This document shows positions 1-10,753 of a DNA stretch of 35,820 nt, piece after piece. The stretch lies in the sequence record SRR20825006_1230. One strand, 5' to 3'. The notes under the pieces were generated by a model. That model was not told the DNA's origin. It ran no database searches and saw nothing but the letters and a program-made list of their open reading frames with translations. Every line of letters starts with the position of its first letter. Positions within the stretch are counted from its first letter, which is position 1. The translations under genes and the position numbers were made by a program.

Positions 1-1
1 C

Positions 2-1180
2 ATCATCTTCTTCTGGGTTGCCCGGATGATGATGTTCGGCATCCATTTCATGGATGAAGAGCCGTTTGAAAATGTGTATGTGCATGCCTTGGTGCGCGAT
101 GAGCACGGGCAAAAAATGTCCAAAACCAAAGGCAATGTGATCGATCCGCTCACCTTGTTTGACGAATATGGCGCAGACGCAACACGCTTCACATTGGCTG
201 CAATGGCTGCACAAGGGCGTGACTTGAAACTCGCCATTTCTCGGGTTGAGGGCTATCGCAACTTCGTCACGAAGATCTGGAACGCCTCGCGTTTCTTGGA
301 AATGAATGAGTGTGTTCGCGTTGAAGGTTTCGAGCCAAAAGGCGTGAGCTCAACATTGAACAAATGGATTTTGAGCCGTGCAGCGAAAACCGTTGCCGAA
401 GTTGAAAAATCCCTGGAAGCTTTCCGCTTTAACGAAGCAGCAAACGCGGCTTATGATTTTGTGTGGGGCACATTCTGCGACTGGTTCGTGGAACTGGCCA
501 AGCCTGTGTTCAACGGCGATGATGAGGCTTTGAAAGCTGAAACCCGTGCCACCGCGGCCTTCACGCTGGATCAAATCTTGAAGCTGTTGCATCCATTCAT
601 GCCATTCGTGACCGAAGAGCTTTGGGCGCAAACCGGTCAAACAGGGCCAAAACGCGACAAGCTGTTGATTGTTAGCGAGTGGCCGCAATTGGCGGAGTTG
701 ATCAATGAAGACGCCGAAGCTGAGCTGGGCTGGATGATCGACTTGATCACAGGTATTCGGTCTCTACGCGTTGAAATGAACGTGCCAGCAGGCGCCAAGG
801 TGCCATTGGTTGTTGTGGATGCAAATGCTGAAACCAAATCACGTTTGGCCACGCAAGACCCAATGATCAAGCGTTTGGCGCGTGTGGAGACAATCGATTT
901 TGCGGATGAAGTGCCGGGTGAATCAGCGCAGCTTGTGTTGGGCGAGGCGACCTTTGCGATGCCATTGGCTGGCGTGATTGATATTGCGGCAGAAAAAGAG
1001 CGCCTTAACAAAGAGCTGGCGAAATTGGACAAAGAAATTGACGGCGTGGCGAAGAAATTGGCCAACGAGCAGTTTATTTCTAAAGCGCCAGCACATGTGA
1101 TTGACGATCAAAAACAGCGCAAAACCGACGCGGAAGAAAAGAAAGAGCGGGTTCAAGCCGCGCTCGCGCGTCTCGGATAA
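2..1180 (+). CDS. valS: Valine--tRNA ligase, 3' part (5'-truncated by window edge)
   Basis: Frame open from position 2 (IIFFWVARMMM...); KMSKT-KGN class I synthetase motif; anticodon-binding FCDW/LLHPFMPFVTEELW; C-terminal coiled-coil arm (KKLANEQFISKAP). Confidence 0.98.
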   Translation: MIFFWVARMMMFGIHFMDEEPFENVYVHALVRDEHGQKMSKTKGNVIDPLTLFDEYGADATRFTLAAMAAQGRDLKLAISRVEGYRNFVTKIWNASRFLEMNECVRVEGFEPKGVSSTLNKWILSRAAKTVAEVEKSLEAFRFNEAANAAYDFVWGTFCDWFVELAKPVFNGDDEALKAETRATAAFTLDQILKLLHPFMPFVTEELWAQTGQTGPKRDKLLIVSEWPQLAELINEDAEAELGWMIDLITGIRSLRVEMNVPAGAKVPLVVVDANAETKSRLATQDPMIKRLARVETIDFADEVPGESAQLVLGEATFAMPLAGVIDIAAEKERLNKELAKLDKEIDGVAKKLANEQFISKAPAHVIDDQKQRKTDAEEKKERVQAALARLG

Positions 1181-1224
1181 GCTGTTGCATTTCGGCAACT
1201 AAATTCTGAAATTCATATTTCGGT

Positions 1225-1264
1225 AAGGCTGGCCCCAATCTATGGTTGGGGCCGCCTTTTTTTT
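1225..1264 (+). terminator. Intrinsic terminator after valS
   Basis: GC-rich stem aaggc(t)ggccccaa / ttggggccgcctt followed by a T-tract. Confidence 0.85.
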
Positions 1265-1454
1265 AACCAATTCACAGCGCAAAACTGAATATGTTGACAA
1301 CGAGCAACGGGGCGGATGTTGCGCGAAAAGGTTGGATGCGGCGATTAGCGCCGCCAATTGGACGCGCACGCCTTAATGTGCCCTTGCATCAAACAGCAGC
1401 ACGATTAAAAGTTTAGGCTGAAATTGTGCCTGCATGCAGGGGAAAGGTTTTATA

Positions 1455-3179
1455 ATGGACGCGAAAAACGTAGATAAATCAAAACTGCCAAGTCGCCACG
1501 TAACTGAAGGGCCGGCGCGCGCGCCGCACCGCTCTTATTATTACGCGATGGGGCTGACACCAGGTCAAATTCACCAGCCATTTGTTGGCGTGGCGACCTG
1601 TTGGAACGAGGCAGCGCCCTGCAACATCGCGCTGATGCGTCAAGCGCAAGCCGTTAAAAAAGGCGTTGCCGCTGCACACGGCACACCGCGTGAGTTCACC
1701 ACGATCACCGTGACCGACGGTATCGCCATGGGCCACCAGGGCATGAAGTCTTCATTGGTTTCGCGTGATGTGATCACCGATTCCGTAGAATTGACCATGC
1801 GCGGCCACTGCTATGATGCGCTTGTTGGCCTTGCTGGCTGCGATAAATCTTTGCCAGGCATGATGATGGCGATGGTGCGGTTGAACGTGCCTTCCGTGTT
1901 TTTGTATGGCGGCTCAATCTTGCCCGGCACCTTTAAAGGCAAGCCTGTAACCGTTCAAGACGTGTTTGAAGCCGTTGGCCGCTACTCAGTTGGCGACTTT
2001 TCCGACGAAGATTTGGAAGAGTTAGAAAAGAATGCTTGTCCATCTGCAGGTGCATGTGGCGCGCAATTCACCGCCAATACAATGGCAACCGTGTCTGAAG
2101 CGATTGGCCTTGCATTGCCATATTCTGCAGGTGCACCAGCACCTTACGAAATTCGCGACCAATTCTGCGCCACCGCTGGTGAGCAAGTGATGGAATTGCT
2201 GAAGCAAAATATCCGTCCGCGCGATATTGTGACCCGCAAAGCATTGGAAAATGCGGCAACCGTTGTGGCTGCTTCTGGCGGCTCTACAAACGCTGCCTTG
2301 CACTTGCCAGCGATTGCCCATGAAGCAGGCATTGAATTTGACTTGTTCGACGTGGCTGAGATCTTCAAAAAAACGCCTTATATTGCTGATCTAAAACCAG
2401 GCGGCAAATATGTGGCAAAAGATATGTTTGAAGCAGGCGGCATTCCGCTTTTGATGAAAACATTGTTGGATCAAGGCTATTTGCACGGCGATTGCATGAC
2501 CGTGACAGGCCGCACCATCGCGGAAAACATGGAAAAAGTGAAATGGAATGATGAGCAGGACGTGGTGCGTCCAGCCAACACTCCAATCACAAAAACAGGT
2601 GGTGTTGTAGGTCTTTCCGGCAATTTGGCACCTGATGGCGCGATTGTAAAAGTCGCTGGCATGTCCAACTTGGTGTTTAAAGGCCCAGCACGTTGCTTCG
2701 ATAGCGAAGAAGAGTGCTTTAAAGCTGTAACCAAGCGCGAATATAAAGAAGGCGAAGTGCTGGTTATCCGTTACGAAGGGCCAAAAGGTGGTCCAGGCAT
2801 GCGGGAAATGTTGGCAACAACAGCCGCGCTTTATGGCCAAGGCATGGGCGACAAAGTGGCGTTGATCACTGACGGCCGCTTCTCTGGCGCAACCCGCGGG
2901 TTCTGCATCGGCCATGTTGGTCCAGAAGCAGCCGTTGGCGGCCCAATCGCTTTGATCGAAAATGGCGACATTATCGAAATCGATGCAAATACAGGCTCAA
3001 TCTCAGTTGAGTTGAGCGATGACGAGCTGAAGGCTCGCCACGAAAAATGGGAACCACGTGAGACCGACTTCGGTTCTGGCGTGATTTGGAAATATGCCCA
3101 GCTGGTGGGGTCAGCCCGTTATGGCGCTTTGACTCATCCCGGTGCTAAGGCAGAAAAGGAGTGCTATGCAGATATTTAG
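1455..3179 (+). CDS. ilvD: Dihydroxy-acid dehydratase
   Basis: [50 protein letters not shown] motifs; start placed at ATG 1455 after GGAAAGG (1441-1447) rather than 1434. Confidence 0.97.
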   Translation: MDAKNVDKSKLPSRHVTEGPARAPHRSYYYAMGLTPGQIHQPFVGVATCWNEAAPCNIALMRQAQAVKKGVAAAHGTPREFTTITVTDGIAMGHQGMKSSLVSRDVITDSVELTMRGHCYDALVGLAGCDKSLPGMMMAMVRLNVPSVFLYGGSILPGTFKGKPVTVQDVFEAVGRYSVGDFSDEDLEELEKNACPSAGACGAQFTANTMATVSEAIGLALPYSAGAPAPYEIRDQFCATAGEQVMELLKQNIRPRDIVTRKALENAATVVAASGGSTNAALHLPAIAHEAGIEFDLFDVAEIFKKTPYIADLKPGGKYVAKDMFEAGGIPLLMKTLLDQGYLHGDCMTVTGRTIAENMEKVKWNDEQDVVRPANTPITKTGGVVGLSGNLAPDGAIVKVAGMSNLVFKGPARCFDSEEECFKAVTKREYKEGEVLVIRYEGPKGGPGMREMLATTAALYGQGMGDKVALITDGRFSGATRGFCIGHVGPEAAVGGPIALIENGDIIEIDANTGSISVELSDDELKARHEKWEPRETDFGSGVIWKYAQLVGSARYGALTHPGAKAEKECYADI

Positions 3180-3957
3180 TGCGAATTTGATTGGCTTGGT
3201 GCGCGCAACTTCGGTTGCGCTCATCCTGTCAACATGTTCTGCATTTGCCCAAGATGAATCGGCAGATATTCTGTCGGTCTTCGGGCAATTCGATACAGAT
3301 GTGTCGAATGAAAATCTGCTTGCGGCTTTGGAAGATGCGGCGGCGGCTGGCCAGCCTATTGCTCTGTGGCGCTTGGGCATCATGTATGAAAATGGGGAAG
3401 GGGTCGCCCCCGACCGCTCCAAAGCGTTCCAATATTTCTCTCAATTGGCCGATGGCCATGCCAACACCCCGCCCAAATCTTTGGAAGCGGATATTGTGGC
3501 GCAAAGCTTCTTGAAAGTGGGTGAATATTATCGCGAGGGCGTGCCAGATGCTGGCGTGCCAGCCAATGATGATTTGTCCCGCAAATTGTGGCTCCATGCC
3601 GCTTCATACTTCGGTGACCCAGAAGCCCAGTTCAAAGTGGGCCAGCTCTATCTTGATGAAAATGAGTTGGGATATTCACCGCTGCAAAGCGCCCGCTGGT
3701 TGGCGCTCGCGTCCCGCAAAGGCCATGCCGCTGCGCAAGCAACTCTGGGCAATTTGATGTTCAATGGTGATGGCATCCCCGCCGATCCGGTGGAGGGGCT
3801 GATGTGGCTAACTTTGGCAGACCGAAATTCCCACGGTACCGAAGATGAACCGTGGATCGCTGAGCTGTTTGACCGCGCCGTGTCCATTGCATCGCAAGAT
3901 CAACGCGAGCAAGCCATTGCTGCCGCGGATTCTCTTGGCAGTCGATTTGGCGGCTAA
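3166..3957 (+). CDS. exoR: Periplasmic Sel1-repeat protein, ExoR-like (ChvG/ExoS-ChvI regulator family)
   Basis: AAGGAG before ATG 3166; signal peptide ending SAFA-QD; Sel1 repeats ([45 protein letters not shown]); ilvD-exoR-xth neighbourhood as in rhizobia. Confidence 0.8.
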   Translation: MQIFSANLIGLVRATSVALILSTCSAFAQDESADILSVFGQFDTDVSNENLLAALEDAAAAGQPIALWRLGIMYENGEGVAPDRSKAFQYFSQLADGHANTPPKSLEADIVAQSFLKVGEYYREGVPDAGVPANDDLSRKLWLHAASYFGDPEAQFKVGQLYLDENELGYSPLQSARWLALASRKGHAAAQATLGNLMFNGDGIPADPVEGLMWLTLADRNSHGTEDEPWIAELFDRAVSIASQDQREQAIAAADSLGSRFGG

Positions 3958-3966
3958 CACCTTAAT

Positions 3967-4746
3967 CTAAATGTTGAAATGTCCGACCACAGGCACATGG
4001 TCCGATGGTTTGTCGCGGCCGCGCATATCTTTGTGGATTTCGACCGTTTCCAAGATATCTGCCGCTTGGGGCGAAAGCATCAAATGGTCGATGCGAATGC
4101 CGTTATTTCTGCGCCAAGCACCCGCTTGAAAGTCCCAGAATGTATAAGCCTCTTCACCATTCACCGCGCGCAAACCGTCGGTAAAGCCAAGATTGGCCAG
4201 CGCACGGAAGTGTTCCAAGCTTTCAGGGCGGAACAGGGCATCGCCCCACCAATCCTTGGCGCTGTGCGTGTCGTCCCCGGTTGGGATAATGTTATAATCC
4301 CCAAGAATGATAAATGGCTCCTCGAGCTTTAGGCGCTCTTCAGCCCAGTCAATCAGGCGATCCATCCATGCCAATTTGTAAGGGAATTTCTCAGTGTCGA
4401 CCGGATTGCCGTTCGGCAGGTAAATGCCTGCAACGCGAATTGCGCCTTCTGGTCGCGAGATAACGGTTTCGATAAAACGCGCTTGCTCGTCACTATCATC
4501 ACCCGGCAATCCGCGATTGATCTCGTCAAATGGGTGCAAAGAGAGCAGGGCAACGCCGTTAAAGCTCTTCTGCCCATGGGTGGCGACGTTATAGCCTAGC
4601 GCTTCAATCGCTTCGCGTGGAAAATTCTCATCAATGCTTTTGATTTCCTGCAGCGCCACAAGGTCTGGCTTATATTCATTCAGCCAATATTCAACCTCAT
4701 TAAGGCGCGCTTTAATGCCATTAATGTTCCAAGTTGCGATTTTCAC
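3967..4746 (-). CDS. xth: Exodeoxyribonuclease III (AP endonuclease)
   Basis: MKIATWNING, LQEIK, YLPNG, GDYN, RIDH, PSDHVP motifs; GTG start. Confidence 0.96.
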   Translation of the reverse strand: MKIATWNINGIKARLNEVEYWLNEYKPDLVALQEIKSIDENFPREAIEALGYNVATHGQKSFNGVALLSLHPFDEINRGLPGDDSDEQARFIETVISRPEGAIRVAGIYLPNGNPVDTEKFPYKLAWMDRLIDWAEERLKLEEPFIILGDYNIIPTGDDTHSAKDWWGDALFRPESLEHFRALANLGFTDGLRAVNGEEAYTFWDFQAGAWRRNNGIRIDHLMLSPQAADILETVEIHKDMRGRDKPSDHVPVVGHFNI

Positions 4747-4836
4747 TATGCTTTTCCGATCCGAAAGGAAGTTGCCACGCGAGTCGCAATCATCCTATCG
4801 GGGCAGTCGCTAGAAAACAATCATGTGATGGCGGGT

Positions 4837-5187
4837 TTAAACCGCAAAGCTGGTCCCGCAGCCGCAAGAAGCCACTGCATTTGGATTGTTGATTTGGAAA
4901 CTCTGGCCAATCAGATCATTCACAAAATCAATCTCGGCACCCTGCATAAATTCAAGGCTAAGCGAATCGATCAGCACGGTGGCGTTTTTCTTTTGCAGCA
5001 CCACATCATCATCAGTGGCGCTTTCTTGCACCAAATTATATTCATATTGGAAACCAGAACAGCCGCCGCCGGAAACCGCAACGCGCAAAACCGTGCCTTC
5101 CGGCTGCTTTTCCAGGATTTTCGCTATGCGCTCGGCAGCGCGATCTGTAAGCTGAACCTGTGTTTCTGCCATTTGCGTGTCAGACAT
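4837..5187 (-). CDS. erpA: A-type Fe-S cluster carrier (ErpA/IscA, HesB family)
   Basis: GGGCSGFQY and NPNAVASCGCGTSF motifs; start reassigned to ATG 5187 (MSDTQ). Confidence 0.92.
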   Translation of the reverse strand: MSDTQMAETQVQLTDRAAERIAKILEKQPEGTVLRVAVSGGGCSGFQYEYNLVQESATDDDVVLQKKNATVLIDSLSLEFMQGAEIDFVNDLIGQSFQINNPNAVASCGCGTSFAV

Positions 5188-5300
5188 TTGCTCTATCCTT
5201 ATCCTGATGGCTTTTTTATAAGCCATCCAATTGCTAACACATAGATAAGCTTCATCATCGCCTTTGAAAAGAACCCTAAGGGTATAAAGGGTACAAATTT

Positions 5301-6500
5301 ATGTCATCAAAGCTCAATCTGGCACCATATGCCGCAGACCCGTTTAACAGTTTGGGGCGTCGTCACCAAGCCGACGACAGTGCCACGCGGAACGAGTTTC
5401 AGCGCGATCGCGACCGGATCATCCATTCTAACGCCTTTCGCCGTTTAAAGCACAAAACCCAGGTCTTTTTGCACCATGAAGGCAATCATTATCGCACAAG
5501 ACTGACGCATACATTGGAAGTGGCGCAAATTGCCCGTTCAATCGCGCGGTCGCTCAATTTGTGTGAAGATTTAGCCGAAGCCTTGGCCTTGGCTCACGAT
5601 CTTGGCCACACGCCATTCGGTCACGCAGGTGAGCGCGTGTTGCATGAAAAAATGCACGATCTTGGGGGCTTTGACCACAATATCCAAGCCTTGCGTTTGG
5701 TGACACGGTTGGAAAACCGGTATGCGGAACATGACGGGTTGAACCTGACTTGGGAAACCCTAGAAGGCATCATCAAACATAATGGCCCTCTAATGGACAG
5801 CGAAGGCAACCCGACGCCAAAATATCAAAAGGAAGGTTTGCCCGGTGGACTTGACGAGCCTTGGGCAGTCGCAGACCTAAGATATGACAGCTATGCCAGC
5901 CTCGAAGCGCAGGCAGCGGCGATTGCGGACGATATTGCCTATAATGCTCATGACATTGATGATGCCTTGCGGGCAGGCTTGTTGTCGCTGGAAGAACTGT
6001 GCGATGTGCCGCTTGTCGGCCCGATTGTTCAGGAAGTGCAGGGCAAATATCCGTTGGTTGATCAAGATCGGCAAACCCACGAAGTTGTGCGCCGCTTGCT
6101 CACCCGCACCATTGAAGATGTTATCGCCGACGCCAAATCCCGTTTGGCCGAAGCACATATCGAAACGGCAGAAGATGTTCGGCAGGCGAACCAAACTTTA
6201 ATTGGCTTTTCACCTGAGATGGCTATGGCCGAAAAGGGGCTGAAAACCTTCTTATTTGCTAAAGTTTATCGCCACAAAAGCGTCATGGATCAAGTAGACC
6301 GGGCGCAGCATATTGTGTCCAAACTCTTTGATGCTTATCTCGCAGGCGAAGAATTGCCGGGCGAATGGAAGGAACGTGCTAAAGTCATCGAAAAACAAAA
6401 GATGCCGCGCCTTGTTTCCGACTTTATTGCCGGTATGACAGACCCATATGCCACGGCAGAATATAACCGTTTGTTTGACGCGGACGAGGATTTCCGCTAA
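5301..6500 (+). CDS. dgt: Deoxyguanosinetriphosphate triphosphohydrolase (HD-domain dGTPase)
   Basis: FQRDRDRIIHSNAFRRL, RTRLTH, HDLGHTPFGHAGE, ADDIAY, DFIAGMTD motifs. Confidence 0.95.
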   Translation: MSSKLNLAPYAADPFNSLGRRHQADDSATRNEFQRDRDRIIHSNAFRRLKHKTQVFLHHEGNHYRTRLTHTLEVAQIARSIARSLNLCEDLAEALALAHDLGHTPFGHAGERVLHEKMHDLGGFDHNIQALRLVTRLENRYAEHDGLNLTWETLEGIIKHNGPLMDSEGNPTPKYQKEGLPGGLDEPWAVADLRYDSYASLEAQAAAIADDIAYNAHDIDDALRAGLLSLEELCDVPLVGPIVQEVQGKYPLVDQDRQTHEVVRRLLTRTIEDVIADAKSRLAEAHIETAEDVRQANQTLIGFSPEMAMAEKGLKTFLFAKVYRHKSVMDQVDRAQHIVSKLFDAYLAGEELPGEWKERAKVIEKQKMPRLVSDFIAGMTDPYATAEYNRLFDADEDFR

Positions 6501-6536
6501 CCGCAATGCGCTAACAACAAAATGGAATGACCATCA

Positions 6537-8291
6537 ATGGATTTATTCGCTTTATATCAATCGCGTATCGCAGATGCTTTATCTGCATTGTTCCCTCAAT
6601 TGGCAGACGCCCCTGAGCTGTTGCGCCGATTTGTGGTTGAGCCTCCGCGCGATGCATCACATGGCGATATGTCCACCAATGCGGCGATGGTTTTGGCCAA
6701 GCCGCTGAAATCCAATCCACGGGCGATTGCAGAGCAATTGGCTGAAAAGATTGGCGAATTCGATGGCATTGAGGCTGTGGACATTGCAGGCCCGGGCTTC
6801 ATCAATATACGGCTGGCGGCTAACGTGTGGCAGGACATGATCGCCACCATCAATGCTGAGGGTGCCGATTATGGTCGCCCGAAAGAAGCACCGAGCGGCA
6901 AAGTGAATGTTGAGTTTGTTTCAGCAAACCCAACGGGACCTCTGCATGTGGGCCATACACGTGGCACCGTTTTCGGCGATGCATTGGCGCGTCTAATGGC
7001 ATTTTCGCGGTACGATCTGTCGAAAGAATATTACATCAATGATGCTGGCGGCCAGATTGGCGTTCTCGCCAAGTCTGTCATGCTGCGCTATCGCGAAGCG
7101 TTGGGCCATGAAATCGGCGAAATCCCGAAAGGGCTTTATCCAGGCGCTTATTTGGTGCCAATCGGCAAAAAACTTGCCGATCAGTTTGGCGATGAATTGT
7201 TGAACATGGATGAAGCCGCAGCCATCGATAAAATCAAGCCAATCGTTCTTGACGAAATGATGGGTTTGATCAAAGCAGATTTGGCCAAGTTGAACGTGCA
7301 TCACGATCATTTCTTCTCCGAAAAGCAACTGCACGGCGAAGATGGCGATATCCGCAAAACCTTGGATTGGTTGCGCGAAGAGGGCCTTGTTTATCAAGGC
7401 ACTTTGGAGCCACCAAAAGGCAAAACGCCAGAAGATTGGGAAGACCGCGAGCAAACCCTGTTCAAAGCCACTGACTTTGGCGACGATACAGATCGGGCCT
7501 TGGTGAAATCTGACGGGTCATACACCTATTTTGCCGCTGATATTGCCTATCACCGCAACAAATATCTGCGTGGCTTCAACGAGCAGATCGTTGTGCTCGG
7601 CGCAGACCATGCGGGCTATGTAAAGCGGCTGAAAGCGGCAGGAAAGGCTGTTTCCGGCGGTGAAGCCAATGTAGATGTGAAAATCTGCCAGTTGGTGAAT
7701 TTGCTGCGCAATGGCGAGCCAGCTAAAATGTCCAAACGGGCAGGGACCTTTGTGACCCTTGGCGATTTGGTGGATGAAGTTGGCCCAGATGTGGTGCGTT
7801 TCATCATGCTATTCCGCAGAAATGACGCACCGCTAGACTTCGACTTTGATGTGGTGACTGCTCAGACACGCGATAATCCGGTGTTCTATGTGCAATATGC
7901 TCATGCACGGGCATGTTCGGTGTTCCGGAACGCCAGACGTGACTTGCCAGATCTGGATATTTCGCTGGCCGCATTGCAAAAAGCAGACCTGAGTTCGCTT
8001 AATGATCCAGCGGAAATCGAGCTGGTTAAAGTCGCGTCACAATTCTCGCGGGTGGTGGCTGGCGCCACCGAAGCGCATGAGCCGCATCGGATTGCATTCT
8101 ATGTGCACGAGCTGGCAAGTGCTTTCCATGCCTTCTGGACAAAAGGTAAAGAACGGCCAGAGTTACGATTTGTTAACCTTGATGAACAGACAATAACATT
8201 GTCGCGACTCGCTTTGGTGAATGCAGTTCGGCAAGTATTGGCAAATAGCCTGGAGATTTTGGGAGTATCTGCTCCTGAAGAGCTATCATAA
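6537..8291 (+). CDS. argS: Arginine--tRNA ligase
   Basis: AGPGFIN, EFVSANPTGPLHVGH (HIGH), KMSKR, YVQYAHAR motifs. Confidence 0.98.
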   Translation: MDLFALYQSRIADALSALFPQLADAPELLRRFVVEPPRDASHGDMSTNAAMVLAKPLKSNPRAIAEQLAEKIGEFDGIEAVDIAGPGFINIRLAANVWQDMIATINAEGADYGRPKEAPSGKVNVEFVSANPTGPLHVGHTRGTVFGDALARLMAFSRYDLSKEYYINDAGGQIGVLAKSVMLRYREALGHEIGEIPKGLYPGAYLVPIGKKLADQFGDELLNMDEAAAIDKIKPIVLDEMMGLIKADLAKLNVHHDHFFSEKQLHGEDGDIRKTLDWLREEGLVYQGTLEPPKGKTPEDWEDREQTLFKATDFGDDTDRALVKSDGSYTYFAADIAYHRNKYLRGFNEQIVVLGADHAGYVKRLKAAGKAVSGGEANVDVKICQLVNLLRNGEPAKMSKRAGTFVTLGDLVDEVGPDVVRFIMLFRRNDAPLDFDFDVVTAQTRDNPVFYVQYAHARACSVFRNARRDLPDLDISLAALQKADLSSLNDPAEIELVKVASQFSRVVAGATEAHEPHRIAFYVHELASAFHAFWTKGKERPELRFVNLDEQTITLSRLALVNAVRQVLANSLEILGVSAPEELS

Positions 8292-8377
8292 TTCAGGCAC
8301 AATGCTGTGCTGACTTACGTTCGGGGCGAATACTTATTCTAACTATAGGGGCAGCGCGGTTGCGCGCTGACCGTTAA

Positions 8378-10648
8378 ATGGCAGATTCAAAAAAACCTGC
8401 AGACCAAGGTCTGGATCAATCTGATGATCTGATTGCAGAATTGGCCCGCATTGTGGCAGACGACGCGAAACGCGCATCGGTGTCACAATCTATTGAGCAA
8501 CGTGCGCAACAAGAGCGTCCGGTGGAACAGAGCAGACCTGCTGCCTCTTCCAGCGGGCAAACTGGTGCCGCGCCCATGTCTGCCTTTTCTGGCCAGCAAG
8601 ATCGACAGCAACAAAATCAGCAACAGCGCCAAGAGCCGACTTTTTCTGCGCCGGCAGAGCCAAAGCAGGCTGAAACAGAAAAAGCAGCTGATCCGTTTGA
8701 GTTTGACTTTGCCAGCAGCTACCGCGAAAGCGCTGCCGCCCAGTCAACCCAATCAACAGCTCAAGATGCGTTAGACCGCATTGAAAATGCGCAAAATGAT
8801 TTTAGCGCTGAAGTTGAGCAATTGGTGGCTAAGGCTGAGCAAGAGCAACGCCCCGAACCGATTGCGCCTGAAACGCAAACACGCGAACAGCGCCAATCAG
8901 CAGAAGCATTGAAGCAAGAAGTCAACGCTGCAGCCGCGGTGGACGAAATCGCCGACCTTATTTCAAAGGCTGATGAAGCTGAAAAAACGGGTGCGTCATA
9001 TGCTGAACCTAGTGCGCCAGCGCCGGTTGAGCCGAGATATGACCATGAAAGCGATGCGCTATTTGCTGAAGAGCCTTATATGCAAGCGCAGGAAGAACCT
9101 GCGCCAAAGTCAAAGCAGGCACCAGCGGCTCCTGTGCGGTCAACGCCAGAACAGCCAGCGCCAACTGCGCCTGCACAACCGCAGCAGCCTGCGGCACAGC
9201 AAACCCAGTCATCTGCCTATGATCCATTGGCGGAAATTGAGCGCCTGATTGAGGACACTTCAGACGGTCGTCCGTCACGTTCGCATCATTCTTATTTGGA
9301 TAGCCAAAACAGCACTGAACAACCAACTGCAAGCAGCAAGGACGATTCTTCTAATGCTGCAGAGGCAGCTATTTTGGCGGCAATGGCTGCGGCGCGCCCG
9401 TCGTCAGAGCCAGCAGAAGCGCCAAGAGCGCAAGCCCCAGTCGGTCCTGCACCGGAAGCAGCACCAACCGCTGCCGCAGCGGCAAGCCAGAAACCAACTG
9501 CACCATATTTGAACGTAGATGATCAACGCGCCTCATATGAAGAGGTTGAGCCAAAGCCAGAAACCAACAAAGAGCGCAGCAAACATTTGCCACTCTATGC
9601 TGGCGGCTTGGCGGCGATCTTATTGCTGGCCCTTGGTGGTATGACGCTTTGGAACTTCATCGGCGGTGGTCAAACCGATGGCGACGTGCCTCTAGTGACG
9701 GCGCAAAATACCGATGTGAAGCAAACACCAGAAACAACCGATACGGGCGAAGAATCTCCGTCTGTATTTTCCGCGCTTGAAGGCCAACCTGAAGATACGT
9801 CAAGCGAGCAACTGGTTTCGCGCGACGATACGCAGGGCGCGTCCGGCGAAGGCGTTTCTCGCGTAATTACACCGTCAAATACTGGCGAATCCAGCAGTGG
9901 CTTGACCAATCGCAAGGTGAAAACCGTCACGGTTTTGGCTGACGGCACCATCGTCACGGGCGATGAAGCTTCTGCAGGCGCACAGCAATTGCCAGATATC
10001 CGGCCAAACGTACCTGCTGTAAGTGGTAGCCAAACTGGCGAAGCCACCACCAGCACGGACCCAATCGGCGATGCGATTGCCGATGCACAGGCTACAACGC
10101 CAGACAGCAGCACTGAAAACGCCACAACCGATCAAACAACGACTGACGAACCGGCCACGACGGAAGAAGATTCAACAGCGCAAACTGATGAAACAGCACC
10201 AACTCCGCCGACACGTCCAGCAGGCTTGGGCACCGACCAGCCTTTGGCATCAGCCGTGCTGAACAATTCCGTGCCGGCGAATAGCTCGACTGATAGCAAT
10301 GATCAGCCTTTGGGTTTGGTGCCAGATTCACAGCCAGCGACGTCTACACCAGCGCCACAAACAAGCTCAGCGCCAGTGAACGCGTCGACCAACCAGGTGA
10401 ATGCGCCATTCTATGTGCAATTGGCATCGCAACGCACCGCCGCGGATGCGCAATCAACCGTGACGACAGTTACGCGCCAATTTGGCAGCGCATTGGGCGG
10501 TCAAACCGTTGGCGTAAATCGGGTTGATCTTGGCGATCGCGGCATTTTCTACCGCGTGTTGGTCCCTGCAAACTCAATCGAAGCGGCAAATGCCATCTGT
10601 AACAACGTAAAAGTTGCTGGCGGCGATTGCTTCGTGCGGAACAACTAA
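8378..10648 (+). CDS. Bitopic SPOR-domain cell division protein (FtsN-like, rhizobial RgsS type)
   Basis: ~405-aa low-complexity N-terminus, one TM helix (LYAGGLAAILLLALGGMTLWNFI), RKVKTVTV..DGT motif, C-terminal SPOR (YVQLASQ...GIFYRVLV...C..VK..GGDCFV); directly after argS. Confidence 0.85.
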   Translation: MADSKKPADQGLDQSDDLIAELARIVADDAKRASVSQSIEQRAQQERPVEQSRPAASSSGQTGAAPMSAFSGQQDRQQQNQQQRQEPTFSAPAEPKQAETEKAADPFEFDFASSYRESAAAQSTQSTAQDALDRIENAQNDFSAEVEQLVAKAEQEQRPEPIAPETQTREQRQSAEALKQEVNAAAAVDEIADLISKADEAEKTGASYAEPSAPAPVEPRYDHESDALFAEEPYMQAQEEPAPKSKQAPAAPVRSTPEQPAPTAPAQPQQPAAQQTQSSAYDPLAEIERLIEDTSDGRPSRSHHSYLDSQNSTEQPTASSKDDSSNAAEAAILAAMAAARPSSEPAEAPRAQAPVGPAPEAAPTAAAAASQKPTAPYLNVDDQRASYEEVEPKPETNKERSKHLPLYAGGLAAILLLALGGMTLWNFIGGGQTDGDVPLVTAQNTDVKQTPETTDTGEESPSVFSALEGQPEDTSSEQLVSRDDTQGASGEGVSRVITPSNTGESSSGLTNRKVKTVTVLADGTIVTGDEASAGAQQLPDIRPNVPAVSGSQTGEATTSTDPIGDAIADAQATTPDSSTENATTDQTTTDEPATTEEDSTAQTDETAPTPPTRPAGLGTDQPLASAVLNNSVPANSSTDSNDQPLGLVPDSQPATSTPAPQTSSAPVNASTNQVNAPFYVQLASQRTAADAQSTVTTVTRQFGSALGGQTVGVNRVDLGDRGIFYRVLVPANSIEAANAICNNVKVAGGDCFVRNN

Positions 10649-10678
10649 TCACTGGCAAATTGCCATTATTTCGTTGAT

Positions 10679-10713
10679 GAGCGCAGGGTTTTGTTGACCC
10701 TGCGCTTTTTTTT
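10679..10713 (+). terminator. Intrinsic terminator after SPOR gene
   Basis: gcgcagggtt / gaccctgcgc stem followed by T8. Confidence 0.85.
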
Positions 10714-10753
10714 GCGCCATGATTTATTCAAACAGCCAAACAAAGCGAACCAG

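Noticed and set aside
1291..1416. 41-codon ORF upstream of ilvD as an attenuator leader peptide
   Set aside because: No Ile/Leu/Val run, no RBS and no terminator/antiterminator before ilvD
5301..6500. dGTPase as an anti-phage nucleotide-depletion system
   Set aside because: Occupies the conserved housekeeping erpA-dgt-argS position with no defence or mobile context
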